A DNA stretch of 64,000 nt, from contig CAVSHT010000005.1 in NCBI GenBank assembly GCA_963727895.1, positions 288,001-352,000 on the forward strand, read 5' to 3'. How positions within the stretch are numbered: the first letter of the stretch is position 1; the number at the start of each line of letters is the position of its first letter. Source of the stretch: an uncultured Methanosarcinaceae archaeon (lineage in GTDB: Archaea > Halobacteriota > Methanosarcinia > Methanosarcinales > Methanosarcinaceae). Of this stretch, positions 22,374-33,539 are shown in pieces. Made by a program: the position numbers and the translations under genes. The notes beneath the pieces were generated by a model. It searched no databases. It saw nothing but the letters and a program-made list of their open reading frames with translations, and was not told the DNA's origin.

Positions 22374-23927
22374 ATGTCAGTTAACGACTCGGTCAACCGG
22401 ATAGTATCAGGTTCCGGTGTAATACTTGCAGGAACCTTTATCGGAATGCTTCTCGACATTATTACTAAAAAAGTACTTACATCACATCTTTCGCCAGCCG
22501 ACTTTGGAACATATGCCCTTGCACTTACAGTAATATCAATTACAGGCGCAGTCGCAACTCTTGGCCTCAACGAGGGAGTTCCGAGATACATTGCGTTTTT
22601 CATGGGTAGACACGAAGAACAGAAAGTACCCGAATTAATACTTTCAGCCATTATTATGGGCTTGATTGCGAGTTTACTTTCAACTCTGATTTCACCTGTT
22701 CTTTTCCATAGTCTGGCTGGAAATGGCTTTGATGCACATGGCAAAATCTTATATGTAGTGAAGATTCTGATCTTTGCCGTTCCTTTTACCATACTTCTAA
22801 ACCTAGCAGTAGCTATATACAGAGGATTCGATCGCACAAACGTCAACATGTATTTCTACAACATAATAAGACCAGTGTCTTTGCTCGTATTTGCTTCCTT
22901 TTCGGTATTCATTGGAGCTTCCCTGAAAAAAGTTGTATTTGCAGACCTGTTTTCAATGGTCTTTACTTTCGGAATAATGTTAATGTACTTCATAAAGAAG
23001 CCTCCAATAAAAAGAACAGTCAAGCAGAAAAGGAAAATTAAATTTAGTGAACCAACCAGGCAGTTAATAAGATATTCATTCCCGCTTTTGATAACTTCAA
23101 CTCTGCTCAATATCATGAGCTGGATAGACACAATAATGCTTGGTTACTTTAAGTCGCCTGAAATAGTTGGGATTTACAATGCAGTATATCCTCTTGTAGG
23201 CTTTCTGTCTCTGGTAATATCTTCAATGGGCTTTGTATATGTCCCTGTTACATCCAGGCTCTGGGGCCAAAACAATACGGAATCTATTGGTTCTATCTAT
23301 GCGGTAATGACTAAATGGTGCTTCTTGCTAACTTTCCCTCTCTTTGCACTGATATTCGTGTATCCTGAGCACTTTATCACTAAACTCTATGGAGCTCAAT
23401 ATGTAAGTGGTGCAACAACCTTGCGTATCCTTGCTCTGGGATTCATAGCAAACTCATACTTCGGATTTAATTATCACACTCTGTTAGCTTCTGGAGATTC
23501 TGATTTCCTTATGAAATGCTCAGTAACAAGTGCTGGCATTAATGCTGTTCTCAATTTCATGCTAATACCTCAGTATGGTATGGTAGGTGCAGCTATAGGA
23601 ACTGCAGTATCCTTTTCATCTATTGAAGTTCTTATGACTTTGAGAGCCTGGAAAAAGCAGAATATGCATCCTTTCACTTCTCTGTACAGGAAACTGACCG
23701 TTATTGTTTCCTTTTTGATGGTATTCATGCTTGCAGCCAGGAATGCGCATCTGCTTACTGGAGCTAACTGGGAGTATGCAACCTTTATAGTCGGATATTT
23801 TCTGATTATATACCGAACAAGAATACTGGATAGCAGTGAAATGGAGATGATAGGTGAAATCAGGAAGAATATCAGGTATAATATTAGTCTCCACATTCCT
23901 GAATCGCTTAAAACCCTTACAGCATAA
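22374..23927 (+). CDS. Oligosaccharide flippase (Wzx/MATE-like)
   Basis: About 14 TM; LSPADFGTYAL, GVPRYIA, IDTIMLGYF..EIVGIYNA, LIPQYGMVGAAIGT. Confidence 0.88.
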   Translation: MSVNDSVNRIVSGSGVILAGTFIGMLLDIITKKVLTSHLSPADFGTYALALTVISITGAVATLGLNEGVPRYIAFFMGRHEEQKVPELILSAIIMGLIASLLSTLISPVLFHSLAGNGFDAHGKILYVVKILIFAVPFTILLNLAVAIYRGFDRTNVNMYFYNIIRPVSLLVFASFSVFIGASLKKVVFADLFSMVFTFGIMLMYFIKKPPIKRTVKQKRKIKFSEPTRQLIRYSFPLLITSTLLNIMSWIDTIMLGYFKSPEIVGIYNAVYPLVGFLSLVISSMGFVYVPVTSRLWGQNNTESIGSIYAVMTKWCFLLTFPLFALIFVYPEHFITKLYGAQYVSGATTLRILALGFIANSYFGFNYHTLLASGDSDFLMKCSVTSAGINAVLNFMLIPQYGMVGAAIGTAVSFSSIEVLMTLRAWKKQNMHPFTSLYRKLTVIVSFLMVFMLAARNAHLLTGANWEYATFIVGYFLIIYRTRILDSSEMEMIGEIRKNIRYNISLHIPESLKTLTA

Positions 23928-24147
23928 TTTGATTCCTTGAAGAGAAAGCCGGTAATCCTTTGTTGAAATTGCCGGCAACTTTATTTTTATTTTATTTATT
24001 TTATTTATACCAATTTATTTCAATTTAGAGGATTTTTTCAGTTTATCGAATGCTTGTTTTTCTTTTGTACTCTATTCTGTGTAGAAAAAGAAAAGTCTGC
24101 ACAAGTTTAATAAAAAGTATTTAATAAAAGTGCAATATATAATACAT

Positions 24148-24215
24148 TGGGAAATATGAGCAGTGGGAAATATGAGCAGTGGGAAATATGAGCAGTGGGA
24201 AATATGAGCAGTGGG
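24148..24215 (+). repeat. 16-bp tandem repeat x4 (TGGGAAATATGAGCAG) covering the start codon of the downstream gene
   Basis: Read directly; ATG at 24156, 24172, 24188, 24204. Confidence 0.95.
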
Positions 24216-25034
24216 TACTTAAGTAATCTTATTAGCAAAACGATAAATAAATGGCTAGAAGACGACGCAATGACCTACAGCGCTGCATTGGCGTTTTACT
24301 TTATGTTGAGTCTTCCTCCTCTCCTATTATTGTCTGTCTCCATTGGCAGTATTTTTCTAAAGTCAAAAAGTCTTCAGGAAACGATACTCAGTCATCTGGA
24401 TGGAGTCATAGATGAAGTAACTAGAAATATGATAATTTTGCTTTTCGAACGTATTCCAGAAATCAGCTCATTATCAATAAGCGCATTAATAGGTCTTATT
24501 TTATTGCTCTGGAGTGCAAGTAATATTTTCAGGCAGTTGAAGAATTTCCTTGAGAAAGCATGGGATGTCAAATCTGTTGAAACAAATAATGTAAAAGACT
24601 TTGTAAATGATGCCATAGCGTCTTTTGTTATTGTAATTTTGTTTGGGGGGCTACTTGTAATGAGCATATTTATTGAAGGATTTCTTTATGCTGCTTCAAA
24701 CGTATTCCAGCAGATTCTACCGTTTTCTCCTGTAATTGCTGATTATACAGGTCCAATAGCCAGCTTCCTAATTCTTGTTATATTTTTTATACTTGTATAC
24801 AAAGTGCTTCCCACTAAGAGTTTTGATATTAAATCGGTTTTTGTGGGAGCTCTCGTAACAGCAATTCTTGTAACAATAGGAAAATACGCAATTGTGCTTT
24901 TTATTTCATATAGTAACCCTACAAATGTGTATGGAGCGATAGGATCTATTATAGGATTATTTCTTCTGTTTTACTATTCCTCAATAATGATTACACTTGG
25001 AGCAGAATTTACTAAAATTTATGCTGAGTCATAG
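24204..25034 (+). CDS. YihY/virulence factor BrkB family membrane protein
   Basis: SAALAFYFMLSLPP, LWSAS, YGAIGSII, LGAEF. Confidence 0.88.
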   Translation: MSSGYLSNLISKTINKWLEDDAMTYSAALAFYFMLSLPPLLLLSVSIGSIFLKSKSLQETILSHLDGVIDEVTRNMIILLFERIPEISSLSISALIGLILLLWSASNIFRQLKNFLEKAWDVKSVETNNVKDFVNDAIASFVIVILFGGLLVMSIFIEGFLYAASNVFQQILPFSPVIADYTGPIASFLILVIFFILVYKVLPTKSFDIKSVFVGALVTAILVTIGKYAIVLFISYSNPTNVYGAIGSIIGLFLLFYYSSIMITLGAEFTKIYAES

Positions 25035-25225
25035 AGTATTGACTTCTGTATAAGAAATGTTCAAACTTTGTTTAAGTTTTTTGTTTTACTTCATATCTAT
25101 TGCTATTCGTTTTCTGCAGAATCACGCTATAAAGTTACTATTGGGATGAAAAATAATCCTTAAAATCTTACATAATTATCTTTATCGGGAATATTCTTAT
25201 ATTATTAAAGTAAAAAAAGAAAGGC

Positions 25226-25247
25226 GTTATGTATCCGACAACATAAC
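25226..25247. promoter_or_regulatory. Palindrome GTTATGT-N8-ACATAAC, possible ModE-type operator
   Basis: Perfect 7-bp inverted repeat upstream of mod genes; resembles the CGTTATAT...ATATAACG ModE box. Confidence 0.5.
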
Positions 25248-25290
25248 ATTTCATTCGTGACCCAATATATCTATCTTGAGAGGAAGTAGT

Positions 25291-25422
25291 ATGAGAAAAA
25301 TGGTTTATGCTGGAGACATAAAACAGGTTCTTTTAGATGTTGAAAGAAAAGAGGTTGATGCAAGGTTTGCATATAATATAAAAGATGCAGAGACAAAAAA
25401 CTATGCAAAAGTAAGGATTTAG
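25291..25422 (+). pseudogene. modA: Remnant of molybdate-binding protein ModA
   Basis: MRKMVYAGDIKQVLLDVERKEVDARFAY resembles the ModA central motif; lies directly upstream of modB. Confidence 0.6.
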
Positions 25423-25448
25423 ATTGCCATCTAAGTGACAAGAATTAG

Positions 25449-26132
25449 ATGATCTCTATGTTAGACCAAATCTGGTTTCCTTTATCCAATACTCTTAGGA
25501 TAGCTACCATAGCATCTGTCCTCGTGCTTTGCAGTGGTGTAGTAATCGCTTATATATTCGCAAGGTATGATTTTTGGGGAAAAGAGCTTGCAGAACTGCT
25601 GGTAACACTTCCCTTGATTCTTCCGCCCACTGTTACTGGATATATTTTGATTATGTTTGTAGGAAGAAATGGACTTCTTGGTCATTTTATTTACAAGATT
25701 TTGGGGACCGGGATCCTGTTTACCTGGCAGGCTGCAGTCATTGCGACTTATACAGTTTCTCTTCCTCTTATGGTAAGAGCTGCTCAAGCAGCTATTGAAG
25801 CAGTAGATAGAGAACTTGAATATGCAGCTTATATTCTTGGAAGAAGTGAAATTGAAACTGCTTTTTTAGTAACATTGCCTCTTGCAAGAAAAGGAATATT
25901 GGCAGGACTGGTACTAAGTTTTGCAAGAGCAGTAGGAGAATTTGGAGCAACCCTTATGCTGGCAGGGAATATCCCAGGAAAAACAAATACCATGTCTACT
26001 TCAATATATAGTGCTTTCCAAGAAGGTAATGATAACTTTGCTCAAACACTGGTTCTAATCCTTATTTTTATGTCAATGCTATTCATTGCCATTACTGAAA
26101 AAATTGCAGGTAAAAACAAATTTGAGGTTTAA
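25449..26132 (+). CDS. modB: Molybdate ABC transporter permease
   Basis: LPLILPPTVTGY, FARAVGEFGATLMLAGNIPGKTNT. Confidence 0.92.
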   Translation: MISMLDQIWFPLSNTLRIATIASVLVLCSGVVIAYIFARYDFWGKELAELLVTLPLILPPTVTGYILIMFVGRNGLLGHFIYKILGTGILFTWQAAVIATYTVSLPLMVRAAQAAIEAVDRELEYAAYILGRSEIETAFLVTLPLARKGILAGLVLSFARAVGEFGATLMLAGNIPGKTNTMSTSIYSAFQEGNDNFAQTLVLILIFMSMLFIAITEKIAGKNKFEV

Positions 26133-26419
26133 TTATGGTTTACTTATAATATATGATTTAACTTATTTAATACCTAATCTAACCTATTTTCTTCATTTTT
26201 GATTTGATTTGATACTATTCCCCCATTTTATTCTACTATTTATTTCTTATATCTTCTTTTCTTCCTTTCTTATGCACTTCTTTTTATTTACTCCTATTTC
26301 TAATTGTTCAGAAAAAGCTTTAAAATTGATTGAGAGTTAATAATAACGATTATATTACAATAAAAAATTCGTATGAATAATAAAATAAAATAAAATAAAA
26401 TAAAATAAAATAAATTCTC

Positions 26420-26740
26420 ATGAGAAATGGAGATGATACATTGATAGAAAATCCATTACAGGTTATTGTGGATCAGGATCCTGAATTCTTTACTCTGCTT
26501 GAAAATACACGTGAACTTGCTTTTGTGGAAGGTGGTATCCCTCTCAAATATAAGTTCCTGCTTGCAATGGCCCTTGATGCAGCTAATGGTTCGATTAACG
26601 GAGTAAAGTTCCTTGCAATTCAGGCAATGCAAGAAGGGGCAACAAAGGAAGAAATAATGCAGGCAATAAGAATAGCTCAGTATGTTTTTGGAGTTGGAAG
26701 CGTATACACTGCTTCAGAAGCCTTTAAAGATATTTTGTAA
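26420..26740 (+). CDS. Carboxymuconolactone decarboxylase (CMD/AhpD-like) family protein
   Basis: GGIPLKYKFLLAMALDA...AMQEGATKEEI. Confidence 0.8.
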   Translation: MRNGDDTLIENPLQVIVDQDPEFFTLLENTRELAFVEGGIPLKYKFLLAMALDAANGSINGVKFLAIQAMQEGATKEEIMQAIRIAQYVFGVGSVYTASEAFKDIL

Positions 26741-26920
26741 TACGATCATAAGGTGATTATTTTGCTTTGCGAAGGCTAAATAATTTCATCTTATCATTAT
26801 TTATCTCTCATAAATATCTTTTTTTCTATATTCCTGTTTTGTTCTCTTTATTATACATCAATATTCCATCTCTGAAACAATTCTCTTAATTATTGAATTG
26901 ATGCTATTTTCTTTTTAATC

Positions 26921-27215
26921 TTACTCAAGTGGTAAACAACCATCGATTACTATTGACTTTGTAATTGTAGAGTTCTCCCTGAAAGGTGCAATCTTCAATA
27001 TTCAGGAGAATCAAAACAATTCTTTAATTGCTCCATAGTCTCAAATTCAATCAGGATTATTCTCTCAGGTTTCCGGTTACCAAATAAGGAAACGATATTA
27101 TCTCCCCTGGCCAGATATTTGTCTGCGTGCTTTTTTATAATTTATGGGACTTTCTCTACATATCTTAGAGTTCATGGTTCATAATCGTAATTTGAATAAT
27201 CATATAAACGGACAT
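26921..27215 (-). pseudogene. DUF1330 family protein, degraded
   Basis: Manual translation MSVYMIIQI...YVEKVP*IIKKHADKYLARG...PERIILIEFETMEQLKNCFDSPEY with stops and frameshifts. Confidence 0.7.
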
Positions 27216-27328
27216 TTTTCTCCTTCCAATACTTTTACTATTTATTGAAATTGCTATCTACAAAACGTATTACTGAACTTAACAAATATTTATGGTTATG
27301 AAATGGAAAAGTTCTAAGTAATAATAAG

Positions 27329-28068
27329 GGCATTGGTAATTAAAAATAGGTATATATGCTTATAACATATATTTCTTCATGAACTGCCCAAAATGTAATA
27401 GTTCCAGTCACAAAAAGAATGGTATAGTTGGCGGGCGTCAACGGTACAAATGCTCTGATTGTGGATATAACTATACAGTAGAGCTAAAATCAACTGCTTT
27501 TTCCGCCTCTGTCAAAAAACAGGCTTTACAACTCTATCTTGAAGGATTGGGCTTTCGTTCAATAGGAAGAGTTTTAGGGGTGAGTCATGTTTCTGTCCAA
27601 AGATGGATCAAGAAATTTGGTCAGGAGTTAGAGGACCTAAAAAGTGAAAATGAGATATCTATTGTTGAAATGGATGAGATGCACACTTACATCGGTAACA
27701 TAAAAAATATTGCTGGATCTGGATTGCTGTTGATAGAGTTGGGAAAAAGTTCATCAACTGCTCTTTTGATAGCAGAGGAACGGAAACTGGAAAACTACTC
27801 TGGGAAAAATTGAAGAAAAAAGAGATTGGAGAAGTGATGACAGATCACTGGAGAGCATATGCAGAGTTTATTCCTGAAACGATTCATACTCAATCCAAAG
27901 CAGAAACATTTACAGTTGAAGGATATAACAGCATATTGAGGCACTTTTTAGCAAGATTGAGAAGAAAAACAAAGTGTTATACGAAGAGTCTTGAAATGCT
28001 AAAGTACTCGGTTATTCTATTGATGAAATAAAGAAATAAAGAGTTAAATATGTTTAGTTAACAATACC
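27329..28068 (+). mobile_element. IS1-family element
   Basis: GGCATTG...CAATACC; near-TSD ATAATAAG/ATAATACG; A-run interrupted (AACATAAAAAAT). Confidence 0.92.
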
Positions 28069-28413
28069 ATAATACGAAATGCATATAATTATTAAAGAGT
28101 CAACCGAATAAATAAAATTAACTATTTCAATGTTTTATCAGGATAGCAAGACTGTGGTAAACCTTATCCTTAATCTGATTTATCAAAGGAAAATGATGGA
28201 CTTATTGAAAATGAATTCTGAATTCTCTGGAGAGGTCTGACTAAAAATTAGTTTTTATCGCATTTATGATTGAGTAGTCAATCATATATACAAGATGAAT
28301 TAATCAATCATATAGGAAGTAATAACCAATTAATCTAAAAAATAAGCAATTGATAAAATACAATAAGTCTCTATTAGAAAGATAGAACATTTAAAGAGCC
28401 CAGGAGAATAAAA

Positions 28414-29616
28414 ATGCTTTATAGAAAAATGCCAAAGAATGGAGACGAACTTTCAATACTCGGATTTGGGTGCATGCGGCTCCCAGTGAAAGATGACGGT
28501 ACAATAGATAAAGAAAGAGCTACCCAGCAAGTTCGCTATGCAATTGATAATGGAGTAAATTATATCGATACTGCCTGGCCATATCACATGGGAGAAAGTG
28601 AGCCTTTCCTTGGCAGAGCCCTTGCCGATGGATACAGAGAAAAGGTTAAACTTGCTACGAAACTTCCGTCATGGCTCATAGAAAGTCGTGGAGATATGGA
28701 TAAATTCCTTAATGTTCAGTTAGACAGACTTAAGACGGACCATATTGATTATTATCTGGTCCATGGGATTGCAGGAGAAGTATGGAATAAGCTTGAGCCT
28801 CTTGGTATAATTGATTTCCTTGACAAAGCAAAAGCTGATGGACGTATTACTAATGCAGGTTTTTCTTTCCATGGGTCAGTTGAGGATTTTAAGCGGATTG
28901 TCGATGCATATCCCTGGGCTTTCTGTCAAATTCAGTATAATTTCATGGATGAAAAGCAACAGGCAGGAACTGAAGGGCTTGAGTATGCCACTTCAAAAGA
29001 ATTGGGTGTGATCATAATGGAGCCTCTGCTTGGAGGCAATCTGGCCAGTCCGGTACCTCCTGAAGTACAGGAAATATGGGACGGAGCTGAAGTAAAAAGA
29101 ACCCCTGCAGAATGGGCTTTTCGCTGGGTGTGGAATCATCCGGAGGTAACAGTAGTACTTTCAGGAATGAATGAAGAATCACAGATTGAAGAAAACCTGA
29201 AAATTGCGGATGAAGCTTATCCGAATTCTCTGACTGAAAACGAAATACAGATTGTTAGTAAAGTTGAGCAGAAATATCGTCAGCTCATGAAAATTGGCTG
29301 TACAGGTTGTCGGTACTGTATGCCCTGTCCTTCAGGAGTTAATATTCCTGAATGCTTCAGTATTTACAATAACTTGCATATGTTTGGTAATGCAGATAGC
29401 TCCAAATTTACATATGCGGTCAGAATGAGCGGTGTATTCACAAACAGTGAGCCTGGAGGATTTGCTTCCCAATGCATTGAATGTGGTCAATGTGTAGAGA
29501 AATGTCCTCAGGGTTTAAAAATACCTGATCTACTAAAAGCTGTGGTAGAAGAATTGGAGGGACCTGACCTGGAGAACAGGATGAATATGGCTAAACAACT
29601 TTTTAAGAAAAAGTGA
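28414..29616 (+). CDS. Aldo/keto reductase with C-terminal 4Fe-4S domain
   Basis: LGFGCMRLP, DTAWPYH, LATKLP, QIQYN, CTGCRYCMPCP, CIECGQCVEKCPQ. Confidence 0.9.
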   Translation: MLYRKMPKNGDELSILGFGCMRLPVKDDGTIDKERATQQVRYAIDNGVNYIDTAWPYHMGESEPFLGRALADGYREKVKLATKLPSWLIESRGDMDKFLNVQLDRLKTDHIDYYLVHGIAGEVWNKLEPLGIIDFLDKAKADGRITNAGFSFHGSVEDFKRIVDAYPWAFCQIQYNFMDEKQQAGTEGLEYATSKELGVIIMEPLLGGNLASPVPPEVQEIWDGAEVKRTPAEWAFRWVWNHPEVTVVLSGMNEESQIEENLKIADEAYPNSLTENEIQIVSKVEQKYRQLMKIGCTGCRYCMPCPSGVNIPECFSIYNNLHMFGNADSSKFTYAVRMSGVFTNSEPGGFASQCIECGQCVEKCPQGLKIPDLLKAVVEELEGPDLENRMNMAKQLFKKK

Positions 29617-29891
29617 TTATGATATTCCACAAACTGGTTTATACCCTCAATAACTTAGTCAATAAAGAAGTTTTCACAGCAGTTTTGGTTCTAATCGATC
29701 AAGTCTGATATATTTGTAATTTCATTTAGCCTGATCAATTTTTTAATATTAAAAATAGAGGAAAGTAGGGATTGCACAAAAATATACCTTTGATAGCTTA
29801 ATTATTTTAGAGACTATGTGAATTAAAGGTGACATGACTAATAGATAAATAAAGTAAGGAAAACAGCACAGAAAACTTTATGTTTCTTATT

Positions 29892-30008
29892 TAGGACTTA
29901 CGCACATATGCTGTGACTCAAGCACAGTAGACTTCATTAGAAGTATTTTACTTTTTGAAAGTTGGGATTTTACTGCTATCGTTTTTGAATTCAAGTGCGT
30001 AAGTCCTA
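29892..30008. mobile_element. MITE, 117 bp
   Basis: Perfect 14-bp TIR TAGGACTTACGCAC / GTGCGTAAGTCCTA with TATT on both flanks. Confidence 0.8.
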
Positions 30009-30410
30009 TATTGTATAGGGCTAGCATCCTGCCAAATGCTCGTTTTTAGGGGTTTGGGCAGCGTTTTTTTCACAGGGTTATTTTTAGACTTTCCTTTGTC
30101 CTGTGTATGCAATACAAAATTGCCAATTTTAATATAAAAGGATTGCGGTAGTTTTTAAAAGATATTATCGGTAAAAGGAATCCTATTACTTATGAAAATA
30201 TCAAGTTATTTGTTTCAAGTTAATGGAGTTTGTTATTTCAGGAAATTTCAACACATCTCTTCAATTTTAATAAAACTCGATTTGAATTTTCATGATCTTT
30301 AATAATTGAAACCACATTTTTGTTTTTACTCACTGTTTTTAACTCTTGTATATTATTTTTATACTTGTATATACTTTAAATTTATTAAGCATGAATATAA
30401 ATAGTGATCG

Positions 30411-33400
30411 GTGAGTTTTTTGGAATATTCTTCTCTCGATTTTCAGATTGCCCGATCCCCCGAAACTCCTTCCTATATCTATCGTGCCTCACTTCTGAAG
30501 GACGCAAATATCGAAGCCAGCAATGATTTCGAACTCAGAAACGATGATCTGAAACTCTTTCAAATGCTCAAAAGTATAGAGGAAAAAGTTACTGAAATTC
30601 CTGAAAAGCCAGAGAGTCAAAAGGAAAAAGCAAAGACACTGGAAGAGAAGGATATAGAAGAACCACACATAGAATTTGGGAAAATGCTTTACAGCAGAGT
30701 ATTTTCTGGTCAAGTCGGTGAATATTTCAACAAATCCTTAAATGAAATTCAAGAAGATGGCGGTGGACTCCGGATTTCACTCAGGTTTGGTGACGACGTT
30801 CCAGAAATCGCAGCGCTGCCCTGGGAATATCTTCACGATGATGAAGATTTTCTTATTCGAAGAAGAAACATCCTGATTTCAAGACTGCCGGCAGGCGTGA
30901 AGAAGAAAAAGCTTGAACCTCTTGACTCTGTACTCAGAATGCTGGTAATAATTTCCGGTCCAGATGACCCAAGAATTTCACCTTTGAACACGGAAAAAGA
31001 ACAGGAAATTATTCTTGAAGCTGTGGACAAACTTCAAAGAGACCCGAAAATAAAAGTGGACTTTACCGAGGATGCAACCTTTGAAAACGTCGAGGGCTAC
31101 CTTAACGAACAAGACTACCATATTATTCATTTTACAGGTCACGGGATCAGTATAAATGGTAAAGGTCATCTTGTTTTTGAAAACGAAGACCAGAAAGCAA
31201 GGCTTATTGATAACAAAACCTTTTCTGACCTTTTTTCCTAAAGAGGTGTCAGGCTAGTTGTTCTCAGTTCCTGCGAATCAGCCAAAGGTTCTAATAAAGA
31301 AGCTTTTGGTGATTTGGCCAGTATGCTTTCCAAGAGAGGGATTCCTGCTGTAGTAGCAATGCAATATTCGGTAATTGATGATGTTGCCACAAAGTTTGCG
31401 TACAATTTTTACAGAGCAATTGCAAGTGGGAAACCTGTTGATATTGCTTTAAATGAAGCCAGAATCGTAATGAAAAATTTGGAAAACGGCAATGGGCTTG
31501 ACTTTGCAACTCCTGTACTTTATCTTTCAGATTATAACTGTGTTAATATAGGAAATTTAAAACCGGAACCTTCTGAATTTGTTTTCAAACCCATGATGAT
31601 GCCGGATTTGCAGGTAATGGAGAAAGGATTTATTGCCAGAAGAAAAGAATTGAGGCTTCTTGAAAAAGGCTTCAAGTCCGACGTAAAACGCGCTGCAATC
31701 ATTCACGGTTTTGGAGGAATTGGAAAAACCGTACTTGCAACTCGATTTGCGTTGAAAATGGGCTATTACTTCGAAGGCACTCTAGGGATAAAATTTACTT
31801 CCACCACCAGACCGGAAGATGTCCTGAACAAATTCAACAGTTTTTTGCTGATGAAAGGAAGGCATGAACTGAACCAGATCCTAATCCAACAGGTTCCCCT
31901 TGAAGTTAAAACTACTTTACTGGTAGCAATCTTGAATCAAATAAGACTCCTGGTCATTTTCGATAACTTTGAAGATTGCCTGAACGAAGACAGGAACAAC
32001 ATAGAGAATACTGAACTTAAAGCATTCATCCAGCAACTCCTTAACAACACAACCAGAAACACAAAATTCCTAATAACAACTCGCTACGATTTTGATCTCC
32101 TTGATGGCAGGCTTGCATCAGGAATTGAGCATATTTTCCTTCCTGAACTTCATTTTCCCCAGACAAACTGGCTTATGAACAATTTTACAGAATTGGCAGA
32201 TATGGAAATTCAGAAAAAAAAGGAAATCTATGATGTTATTGGCGGTCATCCATGGACAATAGGTCAGTTTGCAAAACATGCCGCCGTTCAGGGAATAAAT
32301 GATTTACTGCTGGATCTGTCGCCCCTGAAAAAAGAGCTTATTGAGTTCACCTTGCTGGATAAGTCTTATTCCAAACTGGACGAAGACGCAAGAAAACTGC
32401 TCCTATGCGCTTCAATCTACGAAGAATCAGTTCCTGTTGAAACATTGTCATGGATCATCGGCGACGAAAAAGATGAATGTCCTGCTGTCGGAGAATCTCT
32501 GCAAAAACTCCTCCAATGGGGTCTTATTTCAAAAGAGCAGGAGTACGACAAGAGTGTTTACTCGGAGCACACTATTGTAAAAGATTTTGCACTCAAAAAA
32601 CTAGAAGAAAACGGACTGGGCAAAAATGAGCTTCTTATCAGGGCTGCCAGATACTATGAGAATCGGGTTTCTCAAACCGGAAGCCTCTGGGATTATCTAA
32701 AAGCACGCGACTATTATTTCCAGGCAGAAGACTGAGAAAGTGCAAACGAAGTTGTAGAAAATACTTCAGACCTCCTGATACGCTGGGGACATATTGAACT
32801 TGCAATGACTCTATTAAATGATTCTATCAACACAACATCAGGAGAAACAAAAACAAATGCTGAGTACACACTTGCAACGATTTACCATCGCCTTGGAGAC
32901 TTAAATTCAGCATTTAAAATATATAATACTATTAAATATAACTATGAGAAAAAGGGGAACAAAAGCGGAGTTGCATGCACACTGCACGTGCTTGGAATGA
33001 TTCATCAGGATAAGGGCAACTACGAAGAAGCAGTTCAAAAGTATAACCAGTCACTGAAAATTGAAGAAGAGTTGGAGGACAAAAGCGGAATTGCAATAAC
33101 ACTGCACCAGCTTGGATTGATTCATCAGGATCAAGGCAACTACGAAGAAGCAGTGAACTTATACAACCAATCCCTGAAAATAGAAGAAGAGTTGGAGGGC
33201 AAAAGTGGAATTGCAAACACATTGCATCAGCTTGGAAATATTCATTACCTTCAAGGCAACTACGAAGAAGCAGTTCAAAAGTATAACCAGTCACTGAAAA
33301 TTAAAGAAGAAATAGGGAACAAAAGCGGAATTGCAACAACACTGCACCAGCTTGGACTGATTCATGAAGAAGAAAGAGAATATTGTAGTGCTCTTAGGAA

Positions 33401-33539
33401 TTATTTAAGTTCTTACTCAATCTTCGAGCAACTTAATTCGCCGAACAAGAAAAGCGTTTTAGGATCCCTTGCAAGATTGCGAGATAAGATGGGAGAAGAA
33501 GAATTTTATGCTGAAGTTGAAAGGCTGGTGAATGAATGA
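30411..33539 (+). pseudogene. CHAT protease-STAND NTPase-TPR protein, copy 2 (one frame, about 1042 codons, two nonsense stops)
   Basis: ORFs 30411, 31314 and 32805 are in the same frame; TAA 31239-41; TGA 32733-35 (TGG in copy 1); HFTGHG, LSSCES, GFGGIGKT, VIFDNFED, GGHPW, 40-aa TPR repeats. Confidence 0.9.

Noticed and set aside
26380..26414. (TAAAA)n tract upstream of the CMD gene
   Set aside because: Low-complexity microsatellite with no evidence of function
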